Source: Octopus vulgaris (Eukaryota). From it: 64,000 nt of DNA. The notes below the pieces were generated by a model. That model did not search any database and had not been told where the DNA came from. It saw only the letters and a list, made by a program, of their open reading frames with translations. Shown piece after piece: positions 40,091 through 52,329 of this stretch. The stretch lies in contig OX597815.1 of the NCBI GenBank assembly GCA_951406725.2, positions 178,064,001 through 178,128,000 on the forward strand, written 5' to 3'. The translations under genes and the position numbers were made by a program. Every line of letters begins with the position of its first letter. The first letter of the stretch is position 1.

Positions 40091-40974
40091 TCCTATTTGT
40101 CTATATATCTATATATGTATCTCGCAAATCTATATATCACTCTGGCTTTTCCGTTCTCTTTCTTACAGTCTCTCACTTTCATTTACTATAGGAAAAATAT
40201 AAGAAATATAAGAAATTAAAACAAAATATAAAACAAGAACAGAAACGAAAAGAAAGAATAAAATGGCATTAATCAAACTCTACTGACATCCATGGAGACA
40301 ACCAATTAAATATTACATATTGTTTCTGCGCTTGTATTTAGTCACGCAGGGAATGGAATAGAATTATTACTGCGCTTCGATTTGCCTATTGTATTCTTTC
40401 TCGTATGTCTTTACATTTTCCTATTATTATTCCTTACCGTTTCCTCCGCCCTCCCGAAACATTTTAAATGCAAGTAATTAGTGCATGCTTCTTCATGTTT
40501 GTTCATGTTTGCCGGGTTTTTTTTATGGTTCCCCATACGTTTCTCTACTCTACAGGCAGTCAATCTGGATTATAAGTCAGAGCTCTCTAGAACAGTCTGG
40601 GTTAACAATGCGTTGTTATAAGACACACAGCAAAAATGGAGGAAAATAAAGAGGAAACGGAGGAAAGGAGATGAAAACAAAAAAGGAATACGCAACCTCG
40701 CAATGGTGGGCTCCATCGACGTCATACCCATTAATGAAGCTATATTGTGGACGTGAATTAATGAAGCATGTATTCTAGTAAGGGTGAATGAGAAGATTTG
40801 AGCCGATATCAAACTAAGGAAAGTTCTAAGCTTTCATTATCACGTAAGAACTGATTAGCGAGGAAGGAAGGAAAGAAGGAAGGAAGGAAGGCAGGAGAAT
40901 CGCGTCAGAATTTCAAAACTTTCTTCATCTCTCCCTCTTGTACTCTACATATAATCATAGACGTCACACATTTA

Positions 40975-41020
<46 letters not shown>

Positions 41021-41024
<4 letters not shown>

Positions 41025-41327
41025 CGTGATCACCGTGACTGACCAGGCTATCAGATGTTGCTACACATCGCTGGTCACATGCGCTTCGCATTGTTTTAGC
41101 CTTCAAATGACGCCACCCCGCTGGCTAAGCGAGCAGGCCAACAGAAGAAAGAATGCGAGAAAGTTGCGGCGAAAGAGTACAGCAGAGATCGCCACCAACC
41201 CGAGCTGGAGCCTCGTGGAGATTTAGGTGATTTCGCTCGATAAACACTCACAACGCCCGGTCTGGGAATCGAAACCGCGATCTTATGACCGCGAGTCCGC
41301 TGCCCTAACCACTGGGCCATTGCGCCT

Positions 41328-41330
<3 letters not shown>
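41021..41330 (-). mobile_element. tRNA-derived SINE (body X, tail 3)
   Basis: Head TGGCCCAGTGG...GTTTCGATTCC. Tail aacaatgcgaagcgcat..gtgaccagcgatg. Confidence 0.9.
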
Positions 41331-41363
<33 letters not shown>

Positions 41364-41569
41364 CCACGTTCGCATGCATTTACGCATACAACAGGCAACG
41401 TAAAATCGGCATCGCATGCTTACTTTTTCGTTTATTTCTCTGTGACACACTATAAACTTTCGTTTCATTGTCTTTACCTTTGCTTCATATTTCGACGCTT
41501 TTCACTTACACATTTCACTTGTCTGTCTGCAGGTATTAGGTTTTTGCGAGTTTGTTCTTTGCCTCATAA

Positions 41570-42120
41570 AACTGGAGAACATTTCAAAAAAAATTTTTAA
41601 ATTAGTTGTTTTGCTTTTTACAATTAATCCAACCTAATTTGATGTTGTTGAGTTCAGAAATTCCCCCATTAAATTTCTATCAAGTCAAGTTTTTTGTTAA
41701 ACAGGAATTCATTTTTTTTTACCAAAAAATGTCAATTTTGCCATTAAATGCAAGACTGAAATAAGAAACTAACACATACCAAATAATACTTTTTATTGTT
41801 TAACAGATATATTACACAAAATGTTTAATCACACATCTTAGAATATATATTTCTGTGAAATTGGAGTTTGAACTACACATTGAATTGAACTTTCCCTTTG
41901 TTGCTTTATGTGAATAAATCGCATCATGACAGTCTCTTTGCCGTGATCAGCAGTAGACAGCACCATGTTGGTGTTCCCCCTGCCTTGATACCTAGTCCCC
42001 ATGTTCTCGATGTCTTGGTGGAATATTTTTTCTTGCTCATCACTTATAACCTTATGATTTTTAAGGAAGTAGTCCAGATTTTTAAGGAAGTAGTCCAGAG
42101 AAGGTGGTGAAGAATGTATG
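41570..42120 (-). mobile_element. Chapaev3-like (CMC) DNA transposon 3' fragment
   Basis: Minus strand 42120-41930: IH...LDYFLKN..VISDEQEKIFHQDIENMGTRYQGRGNTNM, resembling HLDFFPENLGAVSDExGERFHQDIxxMExRYQG. 21-bp tandem duplication at 42056-42097. Confidence 0.75.
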
Positions 42121-42631
42121 TTCTGCTACCTCATGGCAGGGGCTATGGACAGTTATGTCGAGAACCAAATGGACAGTCGAAACCTGAGGGAAACGAATTG
42201 TATTGACAGCCCAGAGTGGCCTTCGCAGGTGGCTGCTCTGGTGCAGGAAAGAAGACATTGTAATATAATTGACTCGTGTAAAAACGAGAATTTCAGAATT
42301 CTACAGATTTAGGTTGCAGCAATGATTGCAAGTTGCACGAGATTTGCTGGAGGGGTGGATTTGTAGAGGGTTATTGCCTCTAATTTGTGAATAAACTGTA
42401 ATTTTGTTTGCATGGACTTTTTGGTCCAAAGAAATTGTATTTTTGAGTTGTAAGAGGGTCATTACCTCGGTGTATGTATTTAAAATAATGTTTTAGGGAA
42501 GCAGAGGGTCGGAGGGTGCCATCTACCTTCTCCCATCTTTATCATTTTTCATCATAATCATCCGCCTCATTAATGTCTATGCCTAGCCCGCAAGCTACTC
42601 TTTGTAATGCCTTTATGGCAAATCTTTATGA

Positions 42632-42755
42632 AATAAAGTAGCTTGCATACCAACCACATGCTTCCGCGTTCAGCTGCGCTCCAGGAGACCTTGGACAGCT
42701 GCTATATATATATACACGGAAACGTCGTGTATATATATACATATATGCGTGTGCT

Positions 42756-42786
<31 letters not shown>

Positions 42787-42975
42787 CTGTGTGTGCATAT
42801 GTTTGTGTGTCCCCGCACCATCGCTTGACAACCGATGTTGCTGTGTTTACGTCCCTGTAACTTAATGGTTCGATAAAAAGAGAACGCTAGAACAAGTACT
42901 AGGCTTACAAAGAATAAGTCCTGGCATCAAATTGTTCGAGTAAAGGTGGTGCTGCAGCATGTCCGCAGTCAAATG
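42632..42975 (+). mobile_element. SINE with internal (TA)/(GT) microsatellite. Related fragments on the minus strand at 22740-22890 and 56295-56375
   Basis: Decayed tRNA-like head, accttggac CORE-like motif, tail ggtggtgctgcagcatgtccgcagtc loosely similar to the LINE end at 33305-33350. Confidence 0.6.
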
Positions 42976-43236
42976 TGTCTGTATATATATATATGTGTGT
43001 GTGTGTGTTTATGTATATACGGTCATCTCACCATGTTGGACAGTTGAACGTTTCAAATTTTTTCTCTCTCCGTTTCTTCCATTTTCCCTCCACTTTTCTC
43101 CTCTTATTCTTTATTACGTTACGTAGGCCCGCAACGTAAAAAACTTTTCTATTTTTTTAATAGAATTTAATTAATACACCTACTTATTGCTCCAACAACT
43201 CTCTTCGTCTTTTGTTTTCTGTAAATTTTAACTATA

Positions 43237-43288
<52 letters not shown>

Positions 43289-43500
43289 GTCAAAAATTGT
43301 GAAGCATGACTGTCAACACTACTACATGAACCCGAAGATTGCAGAATTCAATGCATGAAAGTACTAGTTCAATCAGAATGAATATTTAACATTCTACTAT
43401 TTCATTTTATTTTATTCAATTATAATATATTATCTTATAATATATCATTATAAGATTGTAAATAAAACGTGAAAATCAGACAAGGTTGGAATTCTTTTTA

Positions 43501-43566
<66 letters not shown>

Positions 43567-43579
43567 AGATATATATAGA

Positions 43580-44048
<469 letters not shown>

Positions 44049-44513
44049 TTAATAAATCTTTAATATCTGAATCTCTTTTCAAATTAAACTTTACTTTTAT
44101 TCTTATTTTGATACATGAATATATGCAAACATCTTTAACGATCTAATTTCGCATATATCCAGAGGCCTAACATGATATACAATTAAATATTCACGTTTGA
44201 AACGAAATTGAACAAATATTTATAAAAACAGCTCATAAATTCTTCCTCCTTATAACATAGAGATTAAAATTTCTACGTATTTTTCAAATTTCTTATAGAA
44301 TAATGAACACCTAAGTAAGGCATAGGTTAAGCAGGAGGTTAAAAGCCAGCTAGTCAGAAGATTAACAGAATGTTTATTTCAGTATCGCATCATATCCAGA
44401 CAGCAGTGGCCATTTTTGCTGCATGACTTTGCCATGATTTGAGTAGAAACAATGGAGAGACTATGTAGGAAATTCGTGCGAAAGGCACTGGACTTTGCCC
44501 CAACTTTAAGCTC

Positions 44514-44725
44514 AGAGATGTGGAATTATGTATATTATTTACATCATTTACATTTGGCCGAGTACAGATATGAATAGAATATGAGAAACGGTATTAAGGA
44601 AGGATAGGAAAATATTAGATTTATAAGCCCTAAAATTCACTCCATAATTACCCACAGTGTAGTGGTTAAGAGCGTGGGCTACTAAACCCAAGATTTCGAG
44701 TTCGATTCCAAGCAGTACCCGTAAA

Positions 44726-44755
<30 letters not shown>
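44514..44755 (+). mobile_element. 5' half of the same tRNA-(AAT)n-hammerhead module, split by the Dong-like LINE
   Basis: Inverted tail fragment 44514-44560. tRNA-like 44656-44720 matches the reverse complement of 14183-14252 (B box 44698-44709). (AAT)n follows. Confidence 0.75.
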
Positions 44756-44795
<40 letters not shown>

Positions 44796-44825
44796 CTACT
44801 ACTACTAATAATAATAATAATAATA

Positions 44826-47800
44826 AAAAGATACACCGGAGACGGAAAAATACACCGGGGACGGGAAGATACACCAGGGGCGAAAGATACACCGGGGACG
44901 TTTAAGATGTTTGAACGATAAAACAGTGCTCCGAAATCTATCCACAAATATCGAAAACAGAGACATCGTATGGAGCCAAAAATTTACTGACAAAGGATTG
45001 AACTATATCCGAGTAAGTAATACTCATTGAAATTTATTACTATTTTCGAAACGAAATTACGTATTTTAACTCGATATCATCTCCACCTCCAACACAACAC
45101 ATGTAAACATGCGTGAAATATTACGACCCATCAACACCAGATCATCACCGACCCCAAACACCATGTACAAAAAACTACGAAGAAATTAAATAACACCGAT
45201 ATTATTCAACCCAAGAATAACAATCGGGAAGTACGTACTTTAAACTTACAGCACAAAATGTACGGAAAACTACACGTGCAAAACAATGTGACAACAGAAA
45301 TGAACGGACCGGTACCCTACGAAAATGACGACCGTCAAAATAATGGGCCGGACGTTGTTCCTCATGTCCCGGAAATAAAACCCAAAAGACATAAATGGAC
45401 ACGTGAGGAATACATTTCTATCCTACACGCTCACTTTACAGCAGTGCTCTACCCAAAGAAGGAAAACACAACAACACAAACGTATAAAATATGGAAGGAA
45501 AATAACATAAATATAGACTTGGATACAGCAATGAACCCTAATAAACTAGCTAACGTACGAAGATACATTCTCAACGCAAAAAAATATCAGAAATAGAAAT
45601 AGAACATCTAAAAGAAAAAATACATCAGGAAAATGTAGATAGAAGCCACACAACAATGCCCAATAATATAAACACTGAAACAGTAAAACACGAAGACAAA
45701 CGTAACATTCCCAATAAACACGATGTAAACAAAAAACGACAAACCCAGACCGTAAGGATGCATAATAATACACGACAAACAGCAAGCCAAAACACGACAA
45801 ACAAACATACAAATAAGAAAGAAAGTGACACAAATCTAAAACCTGGAAACAACGAAGGGGAGCCTAATGATTATGATACTATAAAAAGTAGAATAATCAA
45901 AGAACTAAAAACCACAGAGCTCAAAATGAACCACCGACCATACCTCCCAAAAATCAAAATAGACGAAACAACAATACCAATTATAAATAGCATAAACCTA
46001 GCCGTCACGGAACTAATAGCCACTGAAACAAAAAGCGATATCACTGAGCTAAATGACTTAGTATACGCAGCATCCACTGCAGCCACAGAAGAAGCTGGAT
46101 ATTAACTCAAACCCGCCCAAACAGGAGTACCACCACCCAAACAAAACCTGTGGATAAATAACATCCAAAACAAAATACAAAAATGAGAAAAGATCTATCG
46201 ATTCTTAATGAAATCAGTAGGCAATCAACGCTACTGAGCAACAAAAAGAAAACAAAAATACTCCGCAGATACAACATCACAAAAAAAGATTTACCTGAGA
46301 TAAAAGAAAAGCTAAAGCAAGATATCCTTGCCAAAGCACAGAGGATCCGCCGGTACGAGAAACGCCAGCGCTTCTTTGAACAAAACAAAAAGTTCAGCTC
46401 CAACCCCAAAAAGTTCTACCAAGAACTTGGCAAAAATAAAATAGAAATCACTGCAGCACCAACGGCAGAAGAAGTGGAAGAATTCTGGAGAAAAATATGG
46501 TCGGCGAACGAACAACCAAAAAAAAAGGAGTATCAAAACAAACTCAGCATCTGAGCAACTTTGGACCCCCATAACAACTGAAGAGATCACCCAGACACTG
46601 CAAAGACTAAGCAACTGGAAGGCACCTGGGCATGACAAGATCCCCAACTTCTGGTTGAAATATCTATTGCACAAAAAGCTGGCTGAAAATTTTAACAACA
46701 TACTGGCAGAGCCAGAGAAAATGCCTTAATGGCTCACGAAGGGGAAAACCATCTTAATTCCCAAATCAAATGAGACAGCAAAACCAGAAAACTACAGACC
46801 AATAACCTGTCTCCCTACAATGTACAAGGCATTTACTGCAGTGATATCGCAAAGGTTGAACAACCTGTTTCCAGAAGAGCAGAAAGGATGCCGCAAAGGC
46901 TCATATGGCTGTAAAGATCAACTAATGATTAATAAAGCCATAGCTGAAGACAGCCACAGAAAGAAGAAAGGCCTCAGTATGGCCTAGATCGACTACAAAA
47001 AGGCGTTTGATAGCATCCCCCACACATGGATCTTCGAAACACTAGCCATTAACAAAGTAGCACCGACAATTATAAAATTCATAGGACACTCTATGAATAA
47101 ATGGCAAACAGTGCTACAGCTCCAAACAAAAGAGGGACTCATGAAAACCAAAGCTATCCCCATTAGAAGAGGAATATTCCAGGGAGACACGCTCTCTCCA
47201 CTCCTTTTCTGCTTGGCACTGTCACCTCTATCTGATATGCTAAATAGTACTGGATGCGGATATAAATGTTACGGCAAAACGATCAGCCACCTTTTATATA
47301 TGGATGACCTAAAACTATACGCTGCAAATGACAAACAGCTGGAAACACTATTAAAGACACTGCTCATGGATTTACCAAAGAAATAGATATGAAATTTGGA
47401 TTAGAAAAATGCGCCAAAGTAACCATGAAAAGAGGAAAACTAGTTAAGAGTAACAACATCACACTAGATAAAACCAATGAAATAAAAGAATTAGACCAAA
47501 GCCAAACTTACAAATACTTAGGAATCCATGAACTAAATAAGACACAACACACACAAATGAAATAGAAAGTAAAAAAAAGAATATTATAGACGAGTTAGAT
47601 CAATACTAAAAACAGAGCTCTATGCTAAAAACAAGATAATAGGTATTAACACTTTAGCTGTCCCAGTTATAAGTTACAGCTACAATATCCTTAACTCGAC
47701 ACTAAATGAACTGACCACAATAGAAAGGAAAACAAGAAAAATAATGACAGGATCTAGGATGCATCACCCAAAATATGACATAGAAAGACTATATATACAA

Positions 47801-48989
47801 CGTATAGAAGGTGGTAGAGGCCTTATATAGCTGGAAAACTACTATAAAATAACCACCATAGGACTGCAAAAATATCTACTTCAGAAGGAAGGAAAACTGA
47901 TACAAGTAGCGGCAAAACACGAGCAAAACAAAAAACTGTTCTCAGTATTTAAGGAAGCTGACAAATACAAACAAGAAGTCATACCACCTAATAAATATGA
48001 AGAAGAAGAAGAAGAAGAAGAAGAAGAAGAAGAAGAAGAAGAAGAAGAAGAAGATGAAGAAACAACAAAAGCTATAAAACAAATGAAATCCAAACAAAAA
48101 CTAGAACAGCAAAGAACCATGATAAAACGATGGCAAGAAAAGCCCCTTCATGGTAAATACTGGACAAAACTAAATGCAAAAGAAATAGACAAAGAAAAAT
48201 CCCAGCAATGGTTGAGAAGCTCAGGACTCAAAGCAGAGACAGAGGGATTTTTAATTGCAGCACAAGACCAAAGCCTCCCCACCAGAAATTACCAAAAACA
48301 TGTAATGAAAAGAAATATAACAAGTAAATGCAGAATATGTGGAGATGGACAAGAAACAATAAATCATATTATCTCTGGCTGCCCAGTTCTGGCTAAGAAG
48401 GAATATATTCACAGACATGACAGAGTTGGAACCTACATACACTGGAAGCTATGCCAACATTATGGAATAATAACAGAAAAAAGATGGTATAGGCACACAC
48501 CAGAAAAGGTCTCAGAAAACGAGAAAGCAACCATACTCTGGGATATGCCGATACGCACAGATAGAGAAATTAAGGCCAACAGACCAGATATAGTTGTCAG
48601 AGATCATGAAGAAAAAAATGCTTTCTAATTGATGTATCAATACCGGCAGATGACAACGTGTCTCTAAAAGAAATGGAGAAACTTTCAAAATACAAAGACC
48701 TGGAAATAGAGGTAACCAGAATGTGGAATCTAAAAACAGAAACAATTCCTATCGTAGTAGGTGCATTAGGCGTGATTAAAAATATTCAGATAAAAACATA
48801 ACAAAAACACCAGGACTTACAAACACATATTACATACAGAAAATTGCATTACTAGGCACTGCACACATCCTACCAGAACACTTTCCATACAATAACCATC
48901 AGAGCATCACAACAAATCACAGCACATACCCAAGGCACACAGAGCTGTGCTCGGTAGTGAAGTGAAAGCACACTATAAAAATAAAACTA

Positions 48990-48992
<3 letters not shown>
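44826..48992 (+). mobile_element. Near full-length R4/Dong-clade non-LTR retrotransposon (RT + CCHC knuckle + restriction-like endonuclease), disabled
   Basis: Motifs in order across frames: KRHKWTREE, VEEFWRKIW, NWKAPGHDKIPNFWLK, NYRPITCLP, EEQKGCRKGSYGCKDQL, IDYKKAFDSIPH, RGIFQGDTLSPLLF, HLLYMDDLKLY, CRICGDGQETINHIISGC, RHD, RPDIVV, IPIVVGALG. Flanked by (AAT)n on both sides. Confidence 0.95.
45258..48895 (+). pseudogene. Disrupted single ORF of the R4/Dong-like element (RT-RLE polyprotein)
   Basis: ORF pieces 45258-45596, 45656-46105, 46183-46554, 47093-47386 and 48083-48628 are joined by frameshifts and in-frame stops (e.g. near 46727 and 46985). Terminal TAA at 48893-48895. True start uncertain. 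Confidence 0.9.
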
Positions 48993-49053
<61 letters not shown>

Positions 49054-49065
49054 TTAATAATAATA

Positions 49066-49300
49066 TCAGACAAATACATAACAAAAAATACCAATTCAGA
49101 CAAATACATAACAAAAACACCAGGTCTTACAAACACATATAACATACAGAAAATTGCACTACTAGGCACTGCACACATCCTACGCAGAACACTTTCCATA
49201 CAATAACCATCAGAGCATCACAACAAATCACAGCACCTACCCAAGGCGCACAGTGCTGCGCTCGGTAGTGAAGTGAAAGCACACTATAAAAATAAAACTA

Positions 49301-49303
<3 letters not shown>
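49066..49303 (+). mobile_element. Second, 5'-truncated copy of the same Dong-like 3' end
   Basis: Repeats about 48785-48992 with several differences, ends ...AAAACTACTG and is followed by a new (AAT)n tract. Confidence 0.9.
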
Positions 49304-49382
<79 letters not shown>

Positions 49383-49386
<4 letters not shown>

Positions 49387-49547
49387 CAACAACAACAACA
49401 ATAACAACATTGAAAAATACCTTAGGAATGAGAACCCAGGTTCGGAATTTCCCCAAGACACCTGATGAAGGCTGGAGGGTATCTCAGCCGAAACGTGTTA
49501 ACAACAAGCAAGATGAGGACAAATATACGTCAAGTGTAAATAATGTA
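49383..49547 (+). mobile_element. 3' half of the tRNA-(AAT)n-hammerhead module
   Basis: Matches the reverse complement of 14008-14150 (aacat-gaaaa...gaaatttcc-caagacac...gatgaggacaa...cgtcaa-tgtaaataatgta). Confidence 0.8.
49456..49499 (+). ncRNA. Minimal type I hammerhead ribozyme motif (damaged copy)
   Basis: AGACAC-CTGATGA(49462-68)-A-GGCTG/loop/CAGCC-GAAACG(49490-95)-TGTT. Lacks 3 nt relative to GAAACGTTGTGTT in the two 14-kb copies. Confidence 0.7.
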
Positions 49548-49584
49548 TGTATGTGTATATATATATTTATATATATATGTATAA

Positions 49585-49617
<33 letters not shown>

Positions 49618-50285
49618 TCATACATGTATGCATATGTGTATAAATATTATATATATATGCGTGTGTGTGTGTTTGTGTATGTGTGTGTGCGTATCACAGT
49701 TAAATATCTTTGGTACATACATTCAACATTTAAGACTGGGCTTCTATGTAAGTCTCAACATCTTACGTTCTGCCACATAAACTGTTGTCATTGTACTTCA
49801 CACGTAGAGAAAGCTTTAAGTTTAATAGAATCCATGTAATTGAATCAACGCTCAACAGTCAAACTAAATAAGTTTTATTTATCAAGAATTTATGGAGTCT
49901 GGCAGAAATTAAATGAAACATTGCAATCAGTAATGTTTTAGATCAACGAATGTTACCGGCAGAAACTTGTGTCAGCGTCTTGATTTGTGTTTGCGACATT
50001 AGAAACGTCTAACTGGATTTCTTGTTTCTATGCGCGAATTAAACAAGAACATTGCAGTCGTTGCATTGTTGATTAAAATGATTTCAATATGTTCTTGGTA
50101 TTTCATTTTTTTTTCTTACAGAATGGAACGTATCTAATCAAGTAAGGAAAACTTATACCGATCTACACATCAAAATATCATCGATTATTAGTATAGTAAC
50201 ATGGAAACACTTGTGCCGCAAAAGGAGGGTCAAAGATCAAAGATCTATTGATGTATCCTCATATCTAGTATAAGCTAGTACTCTA

Positions 50286-50885
50286 GGGCGACGAGCTGGC
50301 AGAATCGTTAACACGCCGGGCGAAATGCTTAACGGTATTTCGTCTGCCGTTACGTTGTGAGTTCAAATTCCGCCGAGGTCGACTTTGCCTTTCATCCTTT
50401 CGGGGTCGATAAATTAAGTACCAGTTAAGCACTGGGGTCGATATAATCGACTTAATACCTATGTCTGTCCATGTTTGTCCCCTCTATGTTTAGCCCCTTG
50501 TGGGTAATAAAGAAATATGTATTTCGTCTGCCGTTACGTTCTGAGTTCAAATTCCGCCGAGGTCGACTTTGCCCTTCATCCTTTCGGTGTCGATTAAATA
50601 AGTACCAGTTACGCACTGGGGTCGATATAATTGACTTAATCCGTTTCTCTGTCCTTGTATGTCCTCTCTGTGTTTAGCCACTCGTGGGTAGTAAAGAAAT
50701 AGGTATTTTGTCTGCCGTTACTGTCTGAGTTCAAACTCTGCCGAGGTCGACCTGCCTTTCATCCTTTCGGTGTCGATTAAATAAGTACCAGTATCGCACT
50801 AGGGTCGATGTAATGCATTGAAAATCTTTGTCTGTCCTTGTTTGTCCCCTTTATGTTTAGCCCCCTGTGGGCAATAAAGAAATAA
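50286..50885 (+). mobile_element. Meta-like SINE multimer (head + 3 bodies)
   Basis: Units of about 183 bp restart at about 50519 and 50703 after AAAGAAATA. Confidence 0.9.
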
Positions 50886-50919
50886 ATATATGTAGTTAAC
50901 TGTCATGAGTTCTCGTATG

Positions 50920-51150
50920 AAACTAGCGAAGATTGATGATTTGCAAACAGCTTTCGAACCCGTCTCTAGCAGACTTGGAACTTTCATCTGGATGATGGGG
51001 AAATATAATTACTGATTGGATTCGATCGTATAACTGGTGCTGAACTTCAAATTCGGGACAGTAATCGTTTGGAAGTTTGTAGCTGTCTCGAGTACTCTCC
51101 GCCTTGAATGATGAACGGCGAGACAACACCTGATGATGCGAGGGCGTGAG
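50920..51150 (+). mobile_element. Short decayed RTE-like RT fragment
   Basis: NRLEVCSCLEY...NGET resembles LEVVxxFxYLG...DG. Confidence 0.35.
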
Positions 51151-51196
51151 GCCAACATGTATAAAGCAGCAAAAAATATAATTTCTATTTTGATGC

Positions 51197-51478
51197 GTGC
51201 AGGCGCGTGTCCTAGATGCTAGGGTCTTCTTTTCATGATCGCTAGATCATCGGTTCGATATCCGAAACCAACCGGGGTGCCGTGTTCTTGAGCAAGACAC
51301 TTCATTTCACGTTGCTCCAATCCATTCAGCTATCCATGGGTATCGAGTCTTCCGATCAGGGGCAATGTTGGTCATCTCGCCTGGCCAGCACATTTATAAG
51401 CGGCAACAATGTGAAGCGCATTGTGATCAGCGATGCATAACAACATCCGATTGTCTGCTCGATACTGGGATACTGTAG
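51197..51478 (+). mobile_element. tRNA-derived SINE (CORE-like body, tail 3)
   Basis: gtgttcttgagcaagacac. Tail shared with the 41021 copy. TSD TTTTGATGC. Confidence 0.8.
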
Positions 51479-52329
51479 TTTTGATGCATTGGAATTACAT
51501 CAACTTGTGGTAACTGTCACACATTTTAAAAATTACAAAACTGTATCTCATAATTTAGAAATGTAAACAAAATATTTTGTAAGATAATAGATGTTTAAAT
51601 ACTAAACTTGTTGAAAACCTGATCTGTCCAGAGAAGCAATTATTTCTCAGAAAGATGAGTCATATATTCAAGATCCATAGACATCCAAGAATTTATGCTA
51701 ATTGATAGTTGTGCTTATTTACAAACTTAAATTGTAAAATTAGAAATAAATCATTTAAATGAAACATGATCAGTGTTTCCCTTCTAATTCTATTTCGAAT
51801 TTACGTAATAAAATTTTTGTGTGGCTTTTCAAAATACGGATGTGTGATATTCTATAGAAAATCGTTAAAAATTTGAATCTAATTAATCGTTACTAGTAAA
51901 GCAACTAGATATTATATGATTGAATAAAATTAAAATTTAATTGAAAATATTTTGATCATAAATAGAAAGTAAGCAGCTAAACATAGTAAGCACGAAGGCG
52001 ATACTCTCTGGCAAATCGTCAAATAGATTTAATTGGCTTATTTTAGGGGAATGTTGTCAAAATTTAATTATCTTTAAACGAACATAATCTATTATTTGTG
52101 AAGGAGAAAGCGAATGTTTGAGCATTTAAACATTTTGAAACCAAAATAGTGATCAGAAAGGGAAGGATAACAAAATCTATGACAAAATGAAATTTACGAA
52201 GTGTAGCTTGGACAGCAGACAAATACAAATGCATATGAAAGCATTTTCGAGCATGTTCTAATATCCGATCGCAATGTCAAGTTGTCCTGACAATTTATGA
52301 GTTTTCTTCCATTGTCTTCTCTAAATGTC

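Noticed and set aside
40541-40782. Possible host exon (pyrimidine tract + CAG, later GTAAG)
   Set aside because: No convincing open frame or recognisable protein; splice-like motifs alone are insufficient.
44656-44720. Functional tRNA gene (also the SINE heads and 14183-14252)
   Set aside because: A/B boxes are present but there is no acceptor stem, the anticodon loop is 8 nt, and the sequence is embedded in repeats.
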